64,000 nucleotides of DNA, taken from NCBI GenBank assembly GCA_037924335.1, contig JAXSMZ010000003.1:1-64000 (forward strand), written 5' to 3'. The notes below the pieces were generated by a model, which saw only the letters and a program-made list of their open reading frames with translations, did no database searches and was not told where the DNA came from. The translations under genes and the position numbers were made by a program. Shown here piece by piece: positions 48,971-56,272 of the stretch; position 1 is the stretch's first letter, and every line of letters starts with the position of its first letter. This stretch comes from Aquificaceae bacterium. Its GTDB lineage: Bacteria; Aquificota; Aquificia; Aquificales; Aquificaceae.

Positions 48971-48986
48971 TGCAAAGAATATGCCA
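48971..48986 (-). promoter_or_regulatory. Sigma54 (-24/-12) promoter of the moaD-fdx-aor-nifS-like-nifV-like operon
   Basis: Minus strand reads TGGCAT-ATTCT-TTGCA. Confidence 0.85.
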
Positions 48987-49004
48987 GGTTTTTATTATGT
49001 TTTT

Positions 49005-49042
49005 TGTAAACTTTGTTACAAAAAAATGTAAGAAAAATTACA
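49005..49042. promoter_or_regulatory. Two tandem NifA-type UAS (TGT-N10-ACA)
   Basis: TGTAAACTTTGTTACA (49005-49020) and TGTAAGAAAAATTACA (49027-49042), 22 bp apart. Confidence 0.78.
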
Positions 49043-49059
49043 AAACCTTTTTATTCCAT

Positions 49060-49075
49060 TGGTACAGATGTTGCA
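49060..49075 (+). promoter_or_regulatory. Sigma54 promoter of the nifA-like gene
   Basis: TGGTAC-AGATG-TTGCA, ending 14 nt upstream of ATG 49090. Confidence 0.75.
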
Positions 49076-49089
49076 TATATTATTTTAGG

Positions 49090-50652
49090 ATGGATATGGA
49101 GATTTTAAAGAGGTTTATGAGTGCTGAACTTCAACTACTTTATAACTTATCAAAAAAACTCACCACAATGAATTTAAACCCTGGGCAGTTAATGAAAGAC
49201 TTAGTATATATGCTTGGTGAGTTAGAAGGTGTTAGGAGGGTGGCCCTTTACGTTGCCAATACAGATACATCTAGCGTATCTTTGGTTTCGAGCATTGGTG
49301 TGAATGAGAGCAACGTAACGCTTGATAAGGAAGAAGGTGTGGTAGGCTTTATATTTGGAAAGGGCTATCCTGTTGTTATTAAGAATCTTATGGAAGAGCC
49401 ACTTTTCTTAAACAAGATCAAGAGAGAAAGGCTAAACGATGTAAGCTTCATAGGTGTTCCAATTAGGTACAACGACAAGATCGTAGGCGTTATAACAGTT
49501 GATATAAACAAGGGATTTATCGCAACGGCATACTTAGCAGACCTACTTCTCATGATAGCGAACCTTATAGGGAATTATATATACACTTACATGAAGCTAA
49601 ACGAGAGGGAGAGTGTCCTTAAAGAAGAGATAGCGACGCTTAAGAGAGAGTTTATAAAAAAGTTTAAGGTTGAAGGGTTCATAGGCGTAAGTAGGGCTTA
49701 TCAAAGCATCGTAAAACAGGTTTTGAAGATAGCTGAATTGGACGTTACCGTGATGATAAGGGGGGAATCTGGAACAGGCAAGACTACACTTGCCAAAGCT
49801 ATCCATTACTTTTCTAAAAGGAAAAACCGCCCCTTTGTTGAGATTAACTGTTCAGCGATTCCCACAGAATTACTCGAAGCAGAGCTTTTCGGTTATGAAA
49901 AGGGTGCATTCACCGGTGCTTACACCACAAAGATAGGCAAGCTTGAGGCAGCAAATGGGGGAACTATATTCTTTGATGAGATAGGAGACTTAAGCCTTAC
50001 CATTCAGGCAAAGCTTTTAAGGTTTATGCAGACAAAGGAATTTGAGAGGCTTGGTAGCACAAAAACGCAGAGGTCTGATGTCAGGATCATAGTTGCAACG
50101 AATAAAAACCTTGAAAATATGGTAGCAAAGGGAGCGTTCAGAGAAGACCTATATTATAGGATAGCTATCTACCCCATATATATTCCGCCTTTAAGAGAGA
50201 GGAAGGAGGACATCCCCGTTTTAGTTCAGCATTACCTAACCCAGCTCGGCAGTATGATAGGTAGAAAGTTAAAGGTTGAAGAGAGCACATTGAAGGCGAT
50301 AACATCCTGTGATTTTCCAGGTAATGTAAGGGAACTGATCAACTGTCTGACAAGAGCCGCCATATCATCCAACACGGACCTTATAAAGATGAGCGACCTA
50401 TCGTGCATAGGTACAGGTGTATGTTTTTCTCATATTAAGAAGGAGGATACTGAAAAAGAGAATACGCAGGTGGGAATAAAAGGACAAAAAGATCCCACTG
50501 TTTATGTGCCAAAAGATGAAAGGTCCATGATCATAGAGACTCTCGAGAAGGTTGGTTATGTTCAAGCAAAAGCGGCAAGATTGCTTGGTATGACAGTTAG
50601 ACAGCTCAATTACAGATTGAAGAAGTACAATATACCCATAAAGAAGATTTGA
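49090..50652 (+). CDS. nifA: NifA-type sigma54 activator (GAF-AAA+-HTH)
   Basis: GAF domain, GESGTGKT, ELFGYEKGAFTGA, C-x11-C-x19-C-x5-C linker, QAKAARLLGMT.RQ..YR HTH. Confidence 0.8.
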   Translation: MDMEILKRFMSAELQLLYNLSKKLTTMNLNPGQLMKDLVYMLGELEGVRRVALYVANTDTSSVSLVSSIGVNESNVTLDKEEGVVGFIFGKGYPVVIKNLMEEPLFLNKIKRERLNDVSFIGVPIRYNDKIVGVITVDINKGFIATAYLADLLLMIANLIGNYIYTYMKLNERESVLKEEIATLKREFIKKFKVEGFIGVSRAYQSIVKQVLKIAELDVTVMIRGESGTGKTTLAKAIHYFSKRKNRPFVEINCSAIPTELLEAELFGYEKGAFTGAYTTKIGKLEAANGGTIFFDEIGDLSLTIQAKLLRFMQTKEFERLGSTKTQRSDVRIIVATNKNLENMVAKGAFREDLYYRIAIYPIYIPPLRERKEDIPVLVQHYLTQLGSMIGRKLKVEESTLKAITSCDFPGNVRELINCLTRAAISSNTDLIKMSDLSCIGTGVCFSHIKKEDTEKENTQVGIKGQKDPTVYVPKDERSMIIETLEKVGYVQAKAARLLGMTVRQLNYRLKKYNIPIKKI

Positions 50653-50668
50653 GCTTATAATCTTCTTG

Positions 50669-50878
50669 ATGGATAAGGTCAGATGCTTGATCGTAGACCT
50701 TGAAGGTACTACAAAGGAGATAACAGAGAAGTTAAACGAAGCAATTTCTGGCATTGAAATGGAGGGTGGTAGAATAGTTGATATAAAGATAACTCACGCA
50801 AGGGAGCATGGTATAGACGGTTTTGTGGTTGTCTATACGATCGCTTACACGATCTCCAAGGAGGTTCTGGAGGAATGA
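50669..50878 (+). CDS. Small hypothetical protein
   Basis: ~69-aa ORF with TATAAT 7 nt upstream, coupled to the DUF167 gene. Confidence 0.6.
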   Translation: MDKVRCLIVDLEGTTKEITEKLNEAISGIEMEGGRIVDIKITHAREHGIDGFVVVYTIAYTISKEVLEE

Positions 50879-51096
50879 TGATAGAAGTTAGGGCAAAGCC
50901 AGGCTCAAAAGATGAGTATGTAAAAAAGTTGTCGGATGAGGTTTATGAGGTGGCAGTGAAAGAACCTGCAGAAAAGGGAAGGGCGAACAACAGAATAGTA
51001 GAGCTCCTAGGTGAGCATTTTGGAGTTCCTAAGAGCAGAGTAGTGCTTATAAGAGGTAAAACATCTAAGATAAAGCTTTTTCAAGTAGAGATATAA
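50875..51096 (+). CDS. DUF167/YggU-family protein
   Basis: V.AKPGS...PAEKGRAN...GKTSKIK. Confidence 0.88.
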   Translation: MMIEVRAKPGSKDEYVKKLSDEVYEVAVKEPAEKGRANNRIVELLGEHFGVPKSRVVLIRGKTSKIKLFQVEI

Positions 51097-51706
51097 GACC
51101 TTTTGGCTCTGATACAAAAAAGTCTGGTTTTGTACCGTTTGCATCAGAATAGCCCCATTCTGCCAGAGTTGTCCATACACCAGCCTCTTTTCCAGCAACT
51201 ATGTCTGCATCCGTATCCCCTACCATCATAGCATCTTTTGGATGTAGACCAAAGTATTCCAAAACCTTTAGGATGGGCAGAGGAGATGGCTTCTTCTCTT
51301 GAAAAGTATCACCCCCTACTAAAAGGTCTATATGTTTGTGAAGCTCTAACCTTCTTAGTATCTCCTTAGACAGGCTTTCCGATTTGTTTGTTACCACAGT
51401 TATTCTTTTGCCATTTGTTTTTATAAATTCCAGAAGCTCCTCTATCCCTTCGTAAGGCTCTGTATAAATAACTGGTTCTTTCATATAATACTTCCTAAAG
51501 AGCTCTAAGGCTATTTCTACCTGATGCTCTGGAAAAAGGTTCTCTATGAGTTTTCTTGCTCCGCTACCTATCATTCCCTTTATTCTCTTATGGTCTATCT
51601 GTTTTCTTCCAAGGTCCTTCAAAACTCTGTTTAAATGAAAAGCTATGTCTATATGGGAATCTATCAGAGTTCCATCCAGGTCAAAGATCAAAAGCTTCAA
51701 ACGCAC
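51065..51706 (-). CDS. HAD-family phosphatase (phosphoglycolate phosphatase-like)
   Basis: FDLDGTLIDS, VTNK, KKPSP, MVGD...D. Confidence 0.88.
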   Translation of the reverse strand: MRLKLLIFDLDGTLIDSHIDIAFHLNRVLKDLGRKQIDHKRIKGMIGSGARKLIENLFPEHQVEIALELFRKYYMKEPVIYTEPYEGIEELLEFIKTNGKRITVVTNKSESLSKEILRRLELHKHIDLLVGGDTFQEKKPSPLPILKVLEYFGLHPKDAMMVGDTDADIVAGKEAGVWTTLAEWGYSDANGTKPDFFVSEPKGLISLLEKALS

Positions 51707-52182
51707 TGCCTTTCTCTCAGATAATCTTGGACCTTCTTCTTTTTGTACTCTTCATCTTTGACATAGTCAACTATGCAGGCTAAAGCTTTAGGTTCTACAT
51801 AACCTGGTATGCTCAGAACTATGTTACCCTTTCTGTTATAAAAGAGCAAATACGGAAAGGAATTGACCCTTAGCATTTTTGCGAGCTCTTCTTCGCTTTT
51901 TACTCCTTCTTTCCCCTCAAGCTTATACTTAACCTTTGAGTTGCTCTCGTAGAGAATCCTGTAAATGTTCATACTTTGAAGGGCTACTTTGAGATTTTCA
52001 TCGCTTTTGAGGTCCTTGTCCAGTTGCTTGCAGTATATACAGCTTTCACTCTCCACTATGAGGAGGTTGTGCTCACCTTTTGGCGTTATATCTTTCATCT
52101 GGGATGAGGGGCTGTTGTTTTGAGCTTTGTTACATGCAAAAAGGAAGACCATTGAAAGGATAAAGAATACTTTCCACTTCAT
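51697..52182 (-). CDS. Thioredoxin-fold lipoprotein (SoxW-like)
   Basis: Lipobox LFAC, CIYC, V.SFP..LF, IPGY. Confidence 0.78.
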   Translation of the reverse strand: MKWKVFFILSMVFLFACNKAQNNSPSSQMKDITPKGEHNLLIVESESCIYCKQLDKDLKSDENLKVALQSMNIYRILYESNSKVKYKLEGKEGVKSEEELAKMLRVNSFPYLLFYNRKGNIVLSIPGYVEPKALACIVDYVKDEEYKKKKVQDYLRERQCV

Positions 52183-52220
52183 AGTTCTATAATTTTATGC
52201 AACTAGGCTTTTAGTTCAAG

Positions 52221-52595
52221 ATGGTTGGTATAGATATAATAAAGAATGAGAGAATAAAAAGGGCTATAGAACGATTCGGAGACAAATTCCTGAACCGTGT
52301 GTACACACCAAGAGAGCTATCTTACTGTATGTCCCAAAAATCCTTTTACCAGTGCCTTTCTGCCAGATGGGCTTGTAAGGAGGCAGTACTGAAAGCCTTT
52401 TACCAAAGGTTTGGCATAGTTTTAAAGTTTTCTGATATAGAGGTCGTAGGGAACAGAGGAAAGCCAGCAAAGGTTAGTATTCTCAGAGATGACCTTTCAC
52501 ACCTTCTTGTAAATGTTACAATTATAGTTTCCCTCTCTCATGAGATGGACTACTCTGTTGCCATAGCCCTTATAAATGACCTCCAGGGTGTTTAA
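52221..52595 (+). CDS. acpS: Holo-ACP synthase
   Basis: GIDI, ARWACKEAVLKA, GKP, VSLSHE. Confidence 0.95.
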   Translation: MVGIDIIKNERIKRAIERFGDKFLNRVYTPRELSYCMSQKSFYQCLSARWACKEAVLKAFYQRFGIVLKFSDIEVVGNRGKPAKVSILRDDLSHLLVNVTIIVSLSHEMDYSVAIALINDLQGV

Positions 52596-52733
52596 AATAC
52601 AGCCAGACATCTGCCTCCCTCTCAGGCATTCCTACCAACCGTGAACTTTTGGTTTATAACTATGGATAAGCGCAGTAGCAAAGCCATGAATGCTATCCAT
52701 CTCTTTAAAACCGGCCTGTTTTTTTTACACCCC

Positions 52734-52761
52734 TTGACAAAATTTTTTTATATTATATACT
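52734..52761 (+). promoter_or_regulatory. Sigma70 promoter upstream of the candidate sRNA
   Basis: TTGACA-N16-TATACT. Confidence 0.7.
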
Positions 52762-52766
52762 ATATT

Positions 52767-52850
52767 ATGTAGGTTATAAACGTGGGAGTGACAAACTCCC
52801 TCCCCCTCCCTCCCCTAATTGTTTGCCCTACCGCCCGGTAGGGCTTTTCT
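52767..52850 (+). ncRNA. Candidate C-rich small RNA (alternatively an attenuator leader of sfsA)
   Basis: Promoter upstream, hairpin GGGAGT-gacaa-ACTCCC, unpaired TCCCCCTCCCTCCCC, terminator hairpin; no ORF. Confidence 0.55.
52825..52850 (+). terminator. Rho-independent terminator
   Basis: GCCCTACC-GCCC-GGTAGGGC followed by TTTTCT. Confidence 0.85.
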
Positions 52851-52854
52851 AAAA

Positions 52855-53490
52855 ATGAGATTTCCCAAGCTCATAGAGGCTGAGTTTTTAAGCAGGATAA
52901 ACCGCTTTGTGTGCCTTGTAAAAATAGATAAGAAGACCTTTTACGCGTATGTAAGAAACACGGGTAGATTAACGGAGCTTCTTTGCAGAGGCAAGAGGGT
53001 CTATCTGAGAAAGAAGGAGAGTGGTAAGTATCCTTATGAGGTTTTGCTTGTCTTGCATGAAAACACGCTTGTATGTGTAGATTCTCAGTTAGCCACAAAG
53101 GTATACGTAGAGAGCCTTAGTGGGAAGGTAACCTATGAGCCCAGAATTCTCAACAGAAGGTTAGACTTACTTCTAGACAACACCCTTATAGAAGTAAAAT
53201 CTGTAAACCTTGTGAAGGAAGGCATTGCTCTTTTCCCAGATGCACCTACAGAGAGGGGAAGGAAACACATAGAACTTCTTATGAAAGTTTATCCTGAGTT
53301 TGTACCTAAGGTTATTTTTGTCGTTATGAGGGAAGATGCCAAAGTCTTCTCTCCCAACTGGGATACAGACCCTTCTTTTTCCAAAATGCTGAAAAACTTC
53401 TTTGATGCTGGTCATGAGGTAAGGGCTTACGTGTGCCAGGTTAGTTTAGAAGATATTAAATTAAAGGGAGAAATACCCATCAAACTCTGA
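52855..53490 (+). CDS. sfsA: DNA/RNA nuclease SfsA
   Basis: RINRF, NTGRLTEL, IEVKSVNL, FPDAPTERGRKH. Confidence 0.93.
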   Translation: MRFPKLIEAEFLSRINRFVCLVKIDKKTFYAYVRNTGRLTELLCRGKRVYLRKKESGKYPYEVLLVLHENTLVCVDSQLATKVYVESLSGKVTYEPRILNRRLDLLLDNTLIEVKSVNLVKEGIALFPDAPTERGRKHIELLMKVYPEFVPKVIFVVMREDAKVFSPNWDTDPSFSKMLKNFFDAGHEVRAYVCQVSLEDIKLKGEIPIKL

Positions 53491-53503
53491 TGGAGGTGAA
53501 GCT

Positions 53504-54091
53504 ATGAGATTGAAACTTACTGCGAAGGATGCTCTGATAGTGGTTGATATGCAAAACGACTTTATGCCGTGGGGTGCACTTCCAGTTCCAGACGGAGATA
53601 AGGTAGTACCCAGATTGAACAGATACATAGAAACATTCTCTTCCAAAGGTCTTCCTGTGTATTTTACAAGAGACTGGCATCCAAAGGAACACATATCCTT
53701 TGAAGGTTATGGTGGTGTATGGCCTCCCCACTGTGTACAAGATACAGAAGGAGCCAAATTTCACAAAGATTTAATAATACCTGTGGATAACAAGTTCATC
53801 ATCTCTAAGGGTACAAGTAGAGATTTTGACGCTTACTCTGGCTTTCAGGGAACTCTCCTGAATGAACTTTTAAAAGAAAGGGCAGTAAGGCGTGTTTTTG
53901 TTGGTGGAGTTGCTACAGACTATTGCGTTAAGAATACGGTTTTGGGAGCCCTTAACCTTGGATACTCCTCCTTTATCCTGCTTGATGGTATAAAGGGGGT
54001 TGATGTACATTCTGGGGATTCAGACAGAGCCATAGAGGAGATGATGTCAATGGGTGCTGTTTGTATAGGCTTTGAAGACTTGACTTTATAA
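53504..54091 (+). CDS. pncA: Nicotinamidase/pyrazinamidase
   Basis: VDMQNDF, DWHP..H.SF, WPPHCVQ, KG...DAYSGF, GVATDYCV. Confidence 0.93.
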   Translation: MRLKLTAKDALIVVDMQNDFMPWGALPVPDGDKVVPRLNRYIETFSSKGLPVYFTRDWHPKEHISFEGYGGVWPPHCVQDTEGAKFHKDLIIPVDNKFIISKGTSRDFDAYSGFQGTLLNELLKERAVRRVFVGGVATDYCVKNTVLGALNLGYSSFILLDGIKGVDVHSGDSDRAIEEMMSMGAVCIGFEDLTL

Positions 54092-54108
54092 GCGTAGCTT
54101 TTTATCTT
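54080..54108 (+). promoter_or_regulatory. Putative sigma70 promoter of hsp20
   Basis: TTGACT-N17-TATCTT upstream of an AGGAGG SD. Confidence 0.55.
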
Positions 54109-54141
54109 TATTCTTATAAAAACTTAAAAGGAGGTAGGAGC

Positions 54142-54573
54142 ATGAGAAGAGGACTTTCACTTTGGAGCCCAATAGCAGAGCTTGAAAGGATAAGAAGGGA
54201 GTTTGATAGGTTAATATCGGAGATCTGGCCAGCGGAGGAGGTAGAGAGAGCCTTTTCACCAGCCGTTGAGGTGTACGAAACAGATAAGGAGGTTGTTGTC
54301 AAGGCTGAGCTTCCAGGTGTAAGGAAGGAAGATATTAAAGTTAGCATTAAGGACAACATGCTTTATCTGAAGGGTGAAAAGAAGGAAGAGAGAGAAGAAA
54401 AGACAGAGACCGTACATAGAGTAGAGAGGGTTTATGGAAAATTTGAAAGAGTGATAACTTTACCCTCAGACGTGAAGATGGAAGATATTAAAGCAGAATA
54501 CAAGGACGGTGTTTTGGATATAAGACTACCAAAAACGCAAGTGGCAAAGGAGAAAGAGATAGAGGTCAAATAA
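54142..54573 (+). CDS. Hsp20/alpha-crystallin small heat-shock protein
   Basis: AELPGV, ERVYGKFER.I.LP, AEYKDGVL.I.LPK. Confidence 0.95.
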   Translation: MRRGLSLWSPIAELERIRREFDRLISEIWPAEEVERAFSPAVEVYETDKEVVVKAELPGVRKEDIKVSIKDNMLYLKGEKKEEREEKTETVHRVERVYGKFERVITLPSDVKMEDIKAEYKDGVLDIRLPKTQVAKEKEIEVK

Positions 54574-55858
54574 GGCTATGTAGTGGGCGCTTTTCTATAT
54601 GCGCCCCTAACTTCCTTAGCTTTTCATCCATCCTTTCGTATCCTCTTTCCAGATGGTGTATATCCCTTACAATAGTCGTTCCCTCTGCCACAAGCCCAGC
54701 GAGAACCAAGCTCGCAGAAGCTCTCAGGTCAGTGGAAAAAACTTCAGCACCAGTTAATCTTTCCGTCTTTCTTACTATTGCGGTTCTTCCATTTATGTGT
54801 ATGCTTGCTCCCATCCTCTGAAGTTCTGCCACATGCTGAAACCTATTTTCAAATATGTTTTCTGTGACCTCTGAAGTGCCATCCGCTATACAACACATAG
54901 CAATAAACTGAGCTTGCATGTCTGTAGGAAATCCGGGATATTCAGAAGTTTGTATAGTTAAAGGTCTTATTCTCTCATCCTTGGAGTATATCCTTATTCT
55001 ATCCTTATCTTTTACCTCTATGCTTGCTCCAGCTTCGTAGAGCTTTTCCAGCACACTGCCCAGATGTTGAGGGTAGGCTCCCAGAAGCTCTACATCCCCC
55101 CCTGTCATAAAACTTGCGACGAGAAAAGTGCCCGCCTCTATCCTGTCTGGTATAACTCTGTGTCTAAAGCCCCTCAGTTGGGACATCCCCCTTATTACCG
55201 CAACCCTACCCTCTATTTCTATTTCAACACCCATTTTCCTGAGAGCCTCCACAAGGTCTATTACCTCCGGTTCAAGGGCTATGTTCCTTAGAATGCTTCT
55301 CTTTTCGCATCTGCTCAGAAACATGATGGCGTTCTCCGTTCCAGTTACTGTGATAACATCAAAAGTGTGTTCCACTGGCTTTATTTTTTTTAGTTCTAAG
55401 TGTATGTATCCATGCTCAACTCTTATGCTAGCCCCACCCTTTTCAAAGACCCTCAGGTGCTGGTCTATGCTCCTTACACCTATGGAACATCCTCCAGGCA
55501 TAGAAACAGTAGCTTTACCAAACCTTGAAAGGAGAGGGCCCATGGCAAGCACAGACGCCCTCATCCTCCTAACGATATAGTCTGGAGCCACATAGTTGCT
55601 TAGGTTTGAAGCATCAACCCTTAAGACTTTATCCTTGTATTCAAACTCAGCTCCTAAAATCTTTAGGAGTTCTAACGTGTTTTCTACATCAAGGAGCCTT
55701 GGAACGTTCTCAATATAGCAAACTTCATCCGTCATAAGCACAGACATCATCAGAGGAAGGGATGCGTTCTTTGAACCAGAGACCTCAACCTGCCCCTTTA
55801 GCCTTCTTCCTCCTTCTATTACTAAGCTCTCAGAAGAATATGATGTTATGTTTTTCAT
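54566..55858 (-). CDS. murA: UDP-N-acetylglucosamine 1-carboxyvinyltransferase
   Basis: SGSKNA, MRAS, PGGCSIG.R, DRIEAGT, PGFPTDMQAQ, DLRA. Confidence 0.97.
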   Translation of the reverse strand: MKNITSYSSESLVIEGGRRLKGQVEVSGSKNASLPLMMSVLMTDEVCYIENVPRLLDVENTLELLKILGAEFEYKDKVLRVDASNLSNYVAPDYIVRRMRASVLAMGPLLSRFGKATVSMPGGCSIGVRSIDQHLRVFEKGGASIRVEHGYIHLELKKIKPVEHTFDVITVTGTENAIMFLSRCEKRSILRNIALEPEVIDLVEALRKMGVEIEIEGRVAVIRGMSQLRGFRHRVIPDRIEAGTFLVASFMTGGDVELLGAYPQHLGSVLEKLYEAGASIEVKDKDRIRIYSKDERIRPLTIQTSEYPGFPTDMQAQFIAMCCIADGTSEVTENIFENRFQHVAELQRMGASIHINGRTAIVRKTERLTGAEVFSTDLRASASLVLAGLVAEGTTIVRDIHHLERGYERMDEKLRKLGAHIEKRPLHSLI

Positions 55859-56003
55859 CCTTCCTTATTATAATCTTTACCACTTCCCACTTTTTAGAGT
55901 AGTATATGAGAACACCATCATCCTCTTCTAAGTAAACTGGTTCCTCTTCTGAGTATACAACGGTTATTCTATCCTCCCCATCCAACACCTTTGGATAAGT
56001 CAT
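55830..56003 (-). CDS. 57-aa small protein, DUF2283-like (absent from the ORF track)
   Basis: Hand translation: MTYPKVLDGEDRITVVYSEEEPVYLEEDDGVLIYYSKKWEVVKIIIRKDEKHNIIFF*. ATGA overlap with the Lrp-like stop; fills the gap to murA. Confidence 0.7.
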   Translation of the reverse strand: MTYPKVLDGEDRITVVYSEEEPVYLEEDDGVLIYYSKKWEVVKIIIRKDEKHNIIFF

Positions 56004-56272
56004 ATCCTGACCACTACACAGGTGAGTGCTTCCTTCACACCTTCCAACGAGTGTATCTTATTTATAACTAATCTACCAAGCTCATCTTGATTTCTAAGTT
56101 CAGAAAAAACTATAATATCGTATGGACCAGTTACTACATCTGCTGTTTTTACACCATCAAAAGTTGAAAGAGCAAGCATGATGGACGGTATCTCTCTCGG
56201 GTCTGCTTTTATTAGAATGTAGGCTTTTATGGAATACTCGGATTCAAGCTCCATCAGCTCTGTTATAGACAT
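56000..56272 (-). CDS. Lrp/AsnC ligand-binding (RAM) domain protein without HTH
   Basis: AYILI...VTGPYDII...I..LEGV....T.VV. Start uncertain (56299 is an alternative). Confidence 0.8.
   Translation of the reverse strand: MSITELMELESEYSIKAYILIKADPREIPSIMLALSTFDGVKTADVVTGPYDIIVFSELRNQDELGRLVINKIHSLEGVKEALTCVVVRI

Noticed and set aside
48970..49089. 40-aa N-terminal extension of the NifA ORF in the track
   Set aside because: It spans the sigma54 promoters and UAS boxes; ATG 49090 (or 49096) is the plausible start.
52596..52730. Short minus-strand ORF fragments between acpS and the sRNA promoter
   Set aside because: All are under about 30 codons with no recognisable motif. A decayed gene is possible but unsupported.
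52819..52854. TTG-start extension of sfsA
   Set aside because: Runs through the terminator hairpin; ATG 52855 fits SfsA.
54060..54141. CIRCE or HAIR operator upstream of hsp20
   Set aside because: Neither TTAGCACTC-N9-GAGTGCTAA nor CTTGAGT-N7-ACTCAAG is present.
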